From the NCBI GenBank assembly GCA_011109175.1, contig RDEW01000043.1, positions 124,001 to 188,000 on the forward strand: DNA of 64,000 bases, given 5' to 3'. The stretch is from Dicyema japonicum. Taxonomy: Eukaryota > Animalia > Dicyemida. The position numbers and the translations under genes were made by a program. Positions within the stretch are counted from its first letter, which is position 1, and each line of letters starts with the position of its first letter. Below are positions 45,863 through 57,449 of the stretch, in pieces. The notes under the pieces are model-generated. The model searched no databases, had not been told where the DNA came from, and was given only the letters and a program-made list of their open reading frames with translations.

Positions 45863-48243
45863 GGAGAAAACCGAAACGAAATCATCAGTACGAACTCTTT
45901 GGGATCAAACAAAGCAGATAATCTCCAAATCTGCTGATATATGCATTGGAGCTCGATATCATCACGCCCTAAAATTTGATCACCACCCGATCGTGCTAGA
46001 CATGGCAAAGCATTGCAGAGAACTAAGGCTAAAAGCGGCAGACACGTCAGACGAGAGTATAAAAAAGAGCTTAAAATCCAACAAAGGGAATTAAAATGGA
46101 AAATCAAAAAGATGAACAGATAACATTCACGGAAAATTATTACATCCCTATTAAAAGATGTGGAATGCCTAAAGGACAATTCAAGGATGTTTGCGGCTGC
46201 TGTGGACAAAGAAAGGACAAAACGTCCTTCACATCAAAGATACAGAAGGAAAATTCGTGGGTAATCCAGAAGAAAAAGCAGAATTAATTGCACGTCACTT
46301 TGAAATGTTGCTGAATATAGACAATTAGGAATTTCCTCTATTCCAGGGAGTACTGAGGGCATTAATGAATGCCATCCCAGTGGAAGAAGTTGAATCAGCT
46401 CTAAATAAACTGAAGAATAACAAGAGTGCTGGACCAGACAACATAAGCCCTGAGCTATTAAAATATGGGCCAAAAAAGTTAGTGAAACAATTGCAAAAAC
46501 CCTAAGTGACAGCTTTGAAACTAATACCGATCTAGGACTTGGAAATGGATTATTAATATACATACAAAAACCGAATAAAGCAAAAGGACCAGTAGATAAT
46601 CTCCGCCCGATCATACTTCTGAACTCGATACGCAAGGTGCTGCCAAACATTGCACTACGTCGGATAAAGGGTGTGGCGGTTCCATACATACCAGCAAGTC
46701 AAAGTGGGTTCCGAGAAGGGAGGTCTACAGCGGACATTGTATGGAGCCATAGATGGCGCTGTGGCAAAGAAAAGAGCGCAACGACCGTTTTGGGAATAGA
46801 TCTCTCCAGAGTTTTGACTCAATAACCAGACAGAAACTGATGACTGTGTTTGAGCAAATATTGGATTAATCGTCAGTTAAGATAATCAGACTACTACTTG
46901 CGAACACAAGACTATCTGTGAGGACAGAAGGAGCAACTTCCCGCAGTTTCAAAACAACGATTGGGACACCTCAGGGTGATTCCCTCTCCCTTTACTATTC
47001 ACCATATACCTTGATTCTGCCGTAAATGCTATATAGGAGACATAGAAGAGACATCGTATGCGGATGATGTGGATTTTGTATCACGGGACGCGACCGCAAT
47101 CCAACACCTACTATAAAGTGCACCTGCGGAGCTTGAGAAATGGTTTCTCAGCGTAAATGTAAACAAAACTGAAATTACTGAAATCAAAAGAGAAGACGAT
47201 ATTACTCATGAAAGATGGAGATGTACTAATAAGCTCGGCTCTCTACTAGGAGACGCTGAAGATGTACTAAAAAACACTGGCAAATGCGGCAATGGCTAAA
47301 CTGAGGAAAGGATGGTTAAGAGCCAAAGGACTTGGAATTGACATCAGATGCAGGCTTTACAACGCCTTTGTGAAACCGATCCTACTGTACAACGCATGGA
47401 TATGGGAATGTTCCTTCAACGAACTATTGAAACTGGATTCGTTCCATAGAAGGCAACTAAGAAGCTTACTCGGAATGGAGTGGCCATCAACAGTGGTATT
47501 TACAACAAGTGTATGTGTTCGTACATCAACAAGGATGTGATAGATGCCTGGTGGAGGCTATTTGGACATGCATTAAGAATGAACCCGGACGCACCCGCTA
47601 ACAAAGCGATGGAAGATTACTTTGACAGTTGCGACAAACCCTTCTGCGGACCACCTAGATCGACACTTCCGACTGCCATAAACAAAGATATAAATCGCGT
47701 GAGAAAAAATCTAAAGACGGGGGACTTTCGACATAGGAAGATGGAAGAGATTAACGCTAAATATTAATTCTATGAGTGTTGAGATCACTAACATTGTTGA
47801 GATCACTAACGAATTGAGATCACTAACATTCGACAGGGGAAGATGGAAGAGATTAACGCTAAATATTGATTCTATGAGTGTTGAGATCACTAACATTGTT
47901 GAGATCACTAACGAATTGAGATCACTAACATTCGACAGAGGAAGATGGAAGAGATTAACGCTAAATATTGATTCTATGAGTGGTTGAATCCACTAACATT
48001 GTTGAGATCACTAACGAATTGAGATCACTAACTTTCGACATAGGAAGATGGAAGAGATTAACGCTAAATATTAATTCTATGAGTGTTGAGATCACTAACA
48101 TTGTTGAGATCACTAACGAATTGAGATCACTAACATTCGACAGAGGAAGATGGAAGAGATTAACGCTAAATATTGATTCTATGAGTGTTGCACATGCGGG
48201 GCTATAAACATTTTGGCTTTCCTGAAAGTGCCTCAATAATAAT
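45861..48243 (+). mobile_element. RTE-like element, 5'-truncated and decayed
   Basis: KNNKSAGPD, LRPIILLNSIRK, QSGFREGRST, GTPQGDSLS, YADD, KLGSLL, RLYNAFVKPILLYN, WRLFGHALRM; (TAA)n tail. Confidence 0.9.
47725..48190 (+). repeat. Tandem repeat, 102-bp period, ~4.6 units, made from the RTE C-terminal coding segment
   Basis: GAAGATGGAAGAGATTAACGC starts at 47737, 47839, 47941, 48044, 48146; each unit holds three TTGAGATCACTAAC subrepeats. Confidence 0.97.
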
Positions 48244-48469
48244 CAATTTTTGACTTTATTGACAAAAATCGCCATACTCATTAGTCTTATCAAATTCACA
48301 GTTCGATATGAGTGCATCGTCGATGAGTGAAGATAGACATGAAACGGCAGAGATCCGGACGTCCTTCGGAATCCTCAGTGGTATTTTCTTTGACTTTCGC
48401 AGGCTGGATATGTTTAAGAGGACAGAGTTGGATACCCGTTAAGGGGCAGATTCCTATACGTGTGCACAT

Positions 48470-49680
48470 TATTATTATTTAAGCCAAAGAAACAACGTCT
48501 TAACCACAAACTACTATTCAGGTGATCCCGGCATCTCTCAATAATCGGGCCATCTTTTCTCGATGCTCCGACCGTGACCCCACACATTTTCTATGCGGAC
48601 GGGGTATTTTTTCACTCCTCTTCTGAAATTGCCTCCAGTTGCCTCTATGATAGACTCGAGTGTTCTGAAGTTCCAGAAACTTTATTGCTCTTGACTGGAT
48701 CTCTTGAATTTTTATTAGATTCGTTGCCGCCAGGTTAGATCCCTACGCAGCACATGCATAGCCTATTGTTGGCTCGATTTACTGCTTGTAGAGGGTCCCG
48801 ATACCTGGCGGATAAATTCCTCAACAGTTCCAAAGGAAGGCTTTTACAAAATTGATCTTTGCACAGGTTGATATGATGGATTCCACATGAGCTGAGAAGC
48901 AGAGGAAAGTATCAAAAGTTACTCCAAGTATCTTCTGCGATTTCTTTTGTAGTATAGGCACTCCATTTAACGTGACATCTATTGTTTGCGTTCCCATCTT
49001 TCTATTCTTAGTAAATAGAGTGACTGCTGACATTCCGGAACATGCATTTAATCGATTTTCGCACAACCGTCCATATATGTTATTTAGTATTCCTTGTAGT
49101 CTTTCTTTAGCATGTTCGACATTTAAGTCCTAGATGCGACAACTATGTCCGGCATAAGAAAGTAGCGTGTCATTATTATTCATAGGAACGGGGAGATCAT
49201 TCAGAAACAAATTAAAGAGGATTGGCGAAAGGAGATTCCTTGGAGTACACCATTGGATAGCAATCTCGATCTGGAACTCTTGTTCCCGGCGCACATTTTC
49301 CCTCGGCGTCCACTTCAGAAGTTTGGTATCCATAACTTTAGTAGTGTAGCGATTTCTGTCAGCAATAATTTTTGTTTGAGGATCTTCCTTGGGACAGAGT
49401 CGAATGCTTTTTGAATGTCGATTGTACACTATGACCGATTTTCCTTGTTTTGGCTTGTTCTTGTGTCCTTCAGCTATGAACTTAATTATGTTGTTAAGAA
49501 GAAGGTTGTTGATAATGCTTCCTTGAAGTCTTGCTGGAATGTAAGTTGTGGAGAGAGGAGACGAATAAGTTTTAGGACCAGTTTCTCCAGGATTCTCGAC
49601 AAAACACATATAAGGGAGACTGGTCTGTAAGAACCGGGATCGTTCGTTGGATGATATACATAAAAAATGATTCTTCATTT
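48470..49680 (-). mobile_element. I/Jockey-group LINE, decayed
   Basis: LLSPILFNLFLNDLP, LLSYAG, ILGVTFDT, terminal RLLRDAGIT*. Confidence 0.8.
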
Positions 49681-49741
49681 AATAAAGTAAAAAATATATA
49701 AATAATTTAATTTAAATTTATCTCAACGTGGGTGTTAAATA

Positions 49742-50575
49742 ATGATCAATAAAATTTTGAATCCGCATGTAATCTGCAAATTGACCAAAAGAACCCGTAA
49801 TGAGTAATTATAACAAATTAGCCTACCTCCTGTACGCCCCCTTCTTCGATAAAAGTTATTCAGAGCAACGTTCAGTTTGTTTGGACCTAACGAATAGATA
49901 CACGACACTTTTTTCAAGAACAAAATCTTTTTGTATGAAAATAATAACTCGGCTACTATGCTTCAGTTTTTTAACAAGTTTGACCAGGTGCTAGTCACCC
50001 TCCGTGAGGTGTTCCCTTGTTTAACTTGAAGGAATCTTTAATGCTAAACATGCCCCCAATCATTAAAAGTCCCTTTCAAATGTTCTGCAAATTCCAGAAG
50101 GACTGTAAACTTAGTTACGTGTACGAGGATCTCTTACAGTTCTATGAAAACCTGCCTTTCGAGGAAAAGCAGGTAGTCTATTGGTTTATCAAAGTACATC
50201 TCAGAGATCTACAAGAAGTATCGATCGAGGCAACAGTTGTTATTCGACCATTGGGTGATCATGATGTTAAAGATGGGGAACTTACACTTCAGTAAGGACG
50301 TGCTTATTTCAGTTGATTCAAGATATTTGACATTGGAGCAGATTGAGAAGAAGGTGATAAAGCTGAGGGAGTATTTTTCTACGGTTTCGTACGAGAAAAG
50401 TAACTTCACCGACTTTCAGGCGTTTGTAGTCTCAAATTGTAACTCAAGCATGATTACTGTTGATATTATTTACAAATGTTACAGACTGTGGAATTATTAC
50501 TCCAATCAAACTAAAAAAGTAAGATTTTTTGTTTTTTAGATTTCTGCTAATTATGCAAACATTTTAAATAAATGA
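49742..50575 (+). CDS. Hypothetical protein (~240 aa), 5 short introns
   Basis: GT-AG introns of 25, 23, 23, 22 and 21 nt link MINKILNPHVICKLTKRT|PYLLYAPFF... through ORFs 50017.. and 50237.. to TGA 50573-50575. Confidence 0.75.
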
Positions 50576-50879
50576 CTGAATTTTGGTAAAACTGCATTTC
50601 TTGTGAGTTATTGAATCAGCATTATTTAGCCAAAATTATAACTTGCATTCATTCATTGGAGACTGTCATTAACGAAATTAGAGTATTTTCGAACCTTCTT
50701 GTAACACTACTTATTGGATTGACATTGATCTTCATCCTCATCTAGTCTCATCAAACCATTTGATGTGAATTAATAGCTCATTTACTTTGGGAATTTTACA
50801 GTATCGATTTCACATAGGGAACTTTACTATGACCTTTTTCAATTCGATCAAAAAACTTATAGATTTATCTTCTGACACC

Positions 50880-52100
50880 TTGGGTTGATCAGTCTCTTAT
50901 CTCTTCCATATAGAGTCTCCGGGGTCTATTCTGACAGTAGTACGTCGTATGCGTATATCAGAGGTACTTTGTCCCCTCGGAGACTAGATGGGCATCAGCA
51001 AATAATAGAGGGCTTAAACTGGATCCCCGTTGGACTCCTTTCTTTAATAATATCATATTTGAAAGATAACGGCTGCATCTAACATTGAGGTTTCTTCCTT
51101 TAAAGTACTCTTTCGTCAAATTTACTCCTAAGTATTCTTTTTGCCTTTTCTCTGAGTGGGTTTCCTAGCTTCTTGCAGATACGATTAAGCCGTGGCCATT
51201 CCCTGAACTGAGACTGGGGATCGAAATGTGTCGATTTCAGATGCCGAATGATTCCGCCTTAGAGAGTTTATACGCTCGACCCTCGATAAAGGAAGAGCGA
51301 ATCTCCGGGCAGAACAGGCATATTCAATTGTCGGCACAATAACTTGAAGAAATAGTATTCTGATACAAGTAGTAGGTGGGGAGGGACTCTTCTTTATGAT
51401 ATCCTTTAGGACGTTCCACTTTCGAAGACCCTTGGTTAACACTTCCCCCATGTGACTGGAAAACGTCATAAAGAGTCGAATTTCACTCCAAAGATCTTCT
51501 GGATTCGCGTAGAAGTAGAAATCTTCCAGAATACCTCGAGTCTACTTTTAAATCTCCTATCCGTAGTGAATAGGGTGAACTGAGATTTGGATACAGAAAC
51601 AGACAGCAAATTCACGGATAACCACTCACACACTTTGTTGAGGTTTGATTGAACCACCGCCACAGTCCTGGGAGAAGATTTGTTCCTTGCAGCAATAATC
51701 AGGTTGTCCGCGTAAGATAGAAAAATGTGTCCTGATCTTTGGTAGTAGGTAAATTGTGCAGAAATAAGTTAAATAGGAAAGGAGACAAAGGAAAACTCCA
51801 TGGGACCCCATTTAAAGTAGTCTTGATTTGAAATCTCCAACACTTTTGACAAGGAGTAAGTTATGGAGACAGAGGATAGAATCAGGCTCGGGTGGGTCGT
51901 AGAAATTTGATACTCTTGTCCACATCACAGGGAGTGAAGAAGGCAGTATATGGGGTCTGTTGTGGACCACATCGTTTGACATTCAGAGAGCGAGAGAAAT
52001 TCTTGTGGCTGATCGACTCATAACATTTCATAAGATTATTTGCAAGTTTCCGTGCAAGTTCCGAGGCAATACGGATAAAGGCCTCCACTCCTACGCCGTC
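50880..52100 (-). mobile_element. I/Jockey-group LINE, decayed
   Basis: LSPFLFNLFLHNLP, YADNL, FGVKFDSL, VIVPTIEYACS. Confidence 0.8.
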
Positions 52101-52756
52101 TTAGTTTATAAGACCGCTGATACTTCTCAGTGTCTTCTAGAAGGTGCCACACGATTTTTGTGGCATAGTTTAATTTTTTTATTAATGAATATTTTGTTTT
52201 TTTATAATACAATTTTAAATTTCAAATTTGACACGTGGGCTTGAAATTACAGAAACACAAAAGTCATTAATAATGACTTAAATTTCAAGTCTTGGGTGTT
52301 AAATAAATAAATAAAATAAAAAAGTACCCACACCAATTGTTCCTTACATTCGAATTGGGATCTACACAGGACTTTGTTAACCACATCATCGGTCCCTACA
52401 GGACGGCTTGGGACCACTGTGGAAGAACATACTGGGGAGAGGACCTACAATGGGAGAACTAACTGGAGATGGGCGTACTGGCTTTGTACCTACAACGTTC
52501 TGGAGATAATTAGGATGTCTAACTACCTAGACCAGCGAATGGATAGTTAGCAAGGAAAAGGGGTACCCGGATGAACAGTCCAACCGGCAGACTGATAGAT
52601 ACCTATTCCATAACCTGTTGTTTTAATTCATTTCATTTTCATTCAATTCAAAATAGATTGTAGTGTAGCTATTTTCTAGTTTTGTCTTTAACTGATAGCA
52701 TAAATTTATATATATTTATGAAATATTATAACAAAGTATTATTAATAAATTAAATA

Positions 52757-54049
52757 ATGAGACTGCTGGTCGTGCATTTTTTAAATTTATACTAGAAAAT
52801 AGCAAATTTAGCCTGCCTTCCATTACGCCTACAAACCACAAATGTAACTGTTAACAAAAATGTCGGCAGGTGGTTGCTCACGTGTGCCGGTCTGACTTTT
52901 GGTGCCATTACAATTGGAGGAATCACAAGGTTTCTTCCCAATGATATTCCAAGGTTAACCGAGTCTGGCCTTTCCATTGTGGAGTGGAATGTCGTATCCG
53001 GCATTTTCTTTCCCCTTTCCAACGAAGACTGGCGGAAGGAATTCGATAAATACAAGGAATTTCCACAATTTAAGCAGTAAATGGTCAACTAGCATCTTAG
53101 AATGCCCCACGTGGACCTTTGGGAGTTCAAAAAGATGTGGTTTTGGGAGTACATCCACAGAATGATCGGCAGAGTTATAGGATTCACATTTTTGGTCCCC
53201 GCCATATATTTTTGGAAAACCAACCAGTTAACACGTGGGTTAAAGACGCGTGCATTGATATTTGGTGGGTTGATTGGCTTGGAAGTGAAAGTTACTATTC
53301 ATTTTAGGGGATCTTTGGATGGATGATGGTAAAATCAGGACTGAAGGAGCAAGAAGGTTTTGTGAGAGTGAGTCCCTACAATCTGGCTCTTCACCTAATG
53401 ACTGCAACGTTTCTTTACGTTGGACTCCTCTACAACGGACTGGTCCTCACTCTCAAACCAAGATTGGTTTATTTTCTGAATATTCAAGGAATCCTTCGAC
53501 TACGGAAATAAACGTTCACTTTTAAACAGAAAAGTCCACAAATCCATGCTTCTTATGATGATTACCCTATTTACAGGCATTTTTTTACTTCTACGTCTAG
53601 GTGTCATTGTCGCTGGGAGAGACGCTGGACTTTTATACAACAGCTGGCCCAAAATGGGAGATCATTGGGTACCTCCAGAGATCTTCGATTTGAACCCCAA
53701 GTGGATCAATTTACTAGAAAATGATTCCACAGTTCAGTTTAACCACAGAATTCTCGTATTTTTGTGTAATTTATGGTAGGGAAAGTTAACATTACTATAT
53801 TTACTATATGTTTGGTACTCCTGCTGCAAGACCCCCCTTCCCGGTAGAGCACGGATAGCCTCTCATTTTCTCCCATTCTTGGGAGTGTTACAAGTCATTA
53901 ATTGATGGATATTTTAGGTAGCTTTGGGTATCATGACTCTGTTAACCTACGTAAATACCCACGTGGCCGCGACTCATCAGGCTAACTCTGTCTTATTGTT
54001 GTCAACTGCTACTTGGTTGGCCACTGAACTTCGTAAATTCCCAAAATAA
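52757..54049 (+). CDS. COX15: Heme A synthase COX15, 8 introns (22-27 nt, one GC-AG)
   Basis: GGITRLTESGLSIVEW, EFDKYKEFPQF, WEYIHRMIGR, GWMMVKSGL, RVSPYNLALHL, AGRDAGLLYNSWPKMG, VQFNHR, AATHQ. Confidence 0.96.
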
Positions 54050-54729
54050 TATTTGATGTTCAATTTAAGTCTAAGGATTATTTGATAATTTTTATTTCAT
54101 CTGGAGGTGTTTATTTAGAGTTATGGTCTTGCCAATTAATCGTCCTTTCTTATTTAATATTCATGAGTTACTCTCCCAATCCGAGAGGGTCGTCCTAATT
54201 CGGATACCAAGATCAACGCGAATTATTCTTCAAAGATGATCACCAAGGCTGTCGAGGATGACATTCTTTTGCGATCCTGGTCCTCAAAGTGCACCTGACT
54301 TAGCTCATGGAGGGAATATCATCAAAAAGAACGCCTAGAGATACGAAAGCGTCATTCAAAGGTCTTAAGATAACATACTCTCGTGTGGAACTACTACTGA
54401 AACAGAAAAATTATACAAGATTAAGGCATGCTATGGACATTCTTTATTAACGAGGTGTTCTCATCTACCTTACACGATCTCCAACAAACGCCCCAAATAC
54501 GATACAATGAAATACAATTTTATCATTTGCAGTAAGCTGTAATGCTGGCATAGACTGCTTAAAATATATGCAGTAAAGTCTCTTGAATTTGCCAATTTCG
54601 GGGATCGTCAAAATCTGGCGGATCTTGGCGGATTCGAGAGACTTGTTGATTTTTTCATCCACTAATAATGTAAATTAAAAAAATTATTTATAAGCAAAAA
54701 ATCAGTAAGTTTTGATTTGTTTCTTTTTA

Positions 54730-55560
54730 GAGTTCGGATCATTGAAGATCCAAGCTTTTCAATAGATTTTCGACATTAAAGAATTCTTCTTGATTATAGA
54801 ATTCTTTTAATTTATTTAAGGCTAGAAAAGCCTCGCTAGCACCTGTCTGACTTTCTTCAAGGGGTTCTTCACTATCAATTTCTTGTTCTGTTTTCTCCGA
54901 ATCACTCAAATCAAGTTTTTAATTTTCACTGTAGTCAATTTCTATATAAAGTCTCTATTTAAAAGATCACTTATGTTTATTTTGTTTCGAATATATTCGT
55001 AATTTTCAACAACAGGGTTTTCAAAATTTATATTCTCAATGTTTTGAATTCATTTGAGTGCATTTGAATATTAAGGAACTATCTATCTTGTTCCAAGCAT
55101 AATATGTGAATAATATTGCATCTTTTAAGTTTAATTTTTTGTATGCAAAATAGGGATTTATCCCAGCTTCAATTTTCTGAATAATATTAGAAAATTCAAT
55201 AGAATTGAAATTGCATTTGTACGATTTGATTATACCCTGATCCAGTGGTTGCAAAAACGACGTTGTATAGAAATATTATTTCAATTTGGTTTAATTCAAT
55301 CAAAACCTAATGTAATGTTATGAAATTCACCTTATGTGCAGGACATTTATCTACAACAAGCAAAATTTTTCTATTATGCTTCCCCAATTCTATTTCCCAT
55401 GAATTAACCAAAGAAATCGTACAATAATCGATTTCACAAAACTTTAAATATTCTTTGCGAGAAATTTCAGATCGTATGTTGTTCAACATATTTTCAGATT
55501 TTTACTTCTCAGATCATCAATAGATCTACGAGAAATAGGTGTATTTTATTTTTTGGAAAA
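54730..55560 (-). mobile_element. pogo/Tigger-like DDE transposase remnant
   Basis: RKILLVVDKCPAH and TTSFLQPLDQGIIKSYK motifs (ORFs 55307..55489, 55036..55254). Confidence 0.85.
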
Positions 55561-55849
55561 AATTTCTGAAATTTTTATCGAAGGTAATTCAATATTCGAT
55601 TCAATAAACTTAAGAATGGGAATTTTTTGTATGTTTTTCAATCCTGTACAGTTACGTTTCACGACAACAACAATAAAAATTGACAACGTGTTAATAAGTT
55701 AATTATTTACAAATAAAATTATTTTAAAAAATTATTTAAAATTAAGAGATATGGCGGATTCATTAAAATATTTATTTATTTAAATAAATAATAAATAAAT
55801 AAAAGAATTTGGTGGATTCGAGAAATTTTGTTAGAAAAATGGTTGATTG

Positions 55850-56130
55850 GAGAATTTATTAGTTATAATTGGCATATTCGAGAGACTTTACTGTACTTAT
55901 GTTGTAAAGGGAACATCCTAACCAACTCAATGATTCCACAAACTACTGTTTACATCTTAATTGGTTGTCTTCGGAAAGCCTCTGCGAGGATCCAACCGAG
56001 CATTATTGAAAATACTTTCCAGTTATCCAGTTATCCGCTTAATCAGACGACCATCTCTAACATCTGGTATCTAGATGATGTACTCATTTGTGGAAATTGG
56101 AGACAGGTTTGCACCCTCCACTCGAAGTGA
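55850..56130 (+). mobile_element. CRE-like RT fragment
   Basis: NIWYLDDVLICG motif. Confidence 0.55.
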
Positions 56131-56199
56131 AGTATAAAAATGCGAGATCATGATCGAAGATAATTTTCTAATGCGCTATTTAACCACATCTACATTCTA

Positions 56200-57330
56200 T
56201 CACAAATATCTGTCACCAAAAATCAAGACACCATCTTCTAACACTCTTCTCTTTCCCACATTAAAATCTTGACTATCGTACAAACAGTGCTCCCCAAATT
56301 TCCGGTTGCAGGAGACTGGAATGCGAATGTAAGAGTCCAAAAATATGAAATATTTATCAATCGGCACGGAAGAAGAATCAGAATCTTCCCTGGATCGACC
56401 TGGCCAACTTCCCCCAGGTATTTAATCTATTTCTATGCAACAGCTACTTTCAACACCTTCCGTCATAAAATTACGTGGACTGGAAAATAATCAAAATCTT
56501 TAATCAAATTGACTACATTATATGCAGCTAAGAAAAATAGTTCTACGTGCATCGAGGCCTTATAGAGGAACAGAAACTGACGGTGAACGTAAAATATTAA
56601 CTCGTTTTCTTATAAGAAATCAGATGCGAGGAGTGTCTGCGACAGAGGCCAAAAGATACAAAACAGCTATGCACATCCGCACAAAAGAGAGAAAAGTATA
56701 AGATTTGAAAAAAAATTATCAAGAACATTGATTATGAATTCTTCCCAGAAGGAATATTCTCTGGAATATTCTCTGAGTTTCTGAGTTTGATCAGATAATA
56801 GTGACCCAAATTTCACCACTAAGGAAAAATAAACTTGGCCTATTAACCAAGTTTAAAAAAGAACAAAATAACTAAGACTACTGGGAAATTCATGGATCAG
56901 GAGAATGTAAGATTAATCGTTTCAAAACGAGCGTCTATTCAGCATAGAATATAGAAACTAAAAGAAGTATAACAAAAAGTACCGGAAATAAGAATTATCA
57001 AAATCTAAAACAGCAAAAACTCTTACAGAATATGCAAACCCTCTGAAAAATTACTGATGGATTCAGAACTGGGAGATTAACTACGAATATAGTTTGGAGC
57101 CACAAATGGCGCTGCACTGAATAGACTTATCGAGGTCTACTGAAAACAGTGGAGGATTTCTGTGACTATAATGTCTTGATTGATGTGGCTACTAATGAAC
57201 TTAAGAAATTGTACATAACGAAGAATGTTTCCAAAACTAAAGTGGTTGATATGGATGGAAAGATGATCGGATGAGCCACAGAAGAAGATTAATAAGCTTG
57301 AGTCCCTATGGAAGACAGTGAGGGTATTGT
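56200..57330 (+). mobile_element. RTE-like APE fragment, highly decayed
   Basis: VAGDWNANV and NQIDYIIC, cf. NQIDYIICRQ in 61305..62660. Confidence 0.6.
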
Positions 57331-57449
57331 TTGGCTACGTGGGCGTTGAATAAAGTTGATAAACATTGTATCACGGCAACGAGATTGATTCTATAAATAA
57401 TAAATGAAAAAAAGTTTTATTTTGTACGGGAAACAATTAAATCAAAATT

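Noticed and set aside
47725-48190. Regularly spaced repeat resembling a CRISPR array
   Set aside because: The intervening sequence is also repeated (no unique spacers), it is RTE coding sequence, the context is eukaryotic and there are no cas genes.
23135-52240. ACACGTGGG / E-box-like motif near genes (23137, 49726, 52229) as a promoter element
   Set aside because: Positions relative to start codons are inconsistent and the motif also occurs inside coding sequence (53231).
54120-54662. Possible spliced gene on the minus strand (ORF 54465..54662)
   Set aside because: Intron-like signals exist, but I could not build one consistent frame or recognise the product; the upstream part is occupied by a pogo remnant. 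Unresolved.
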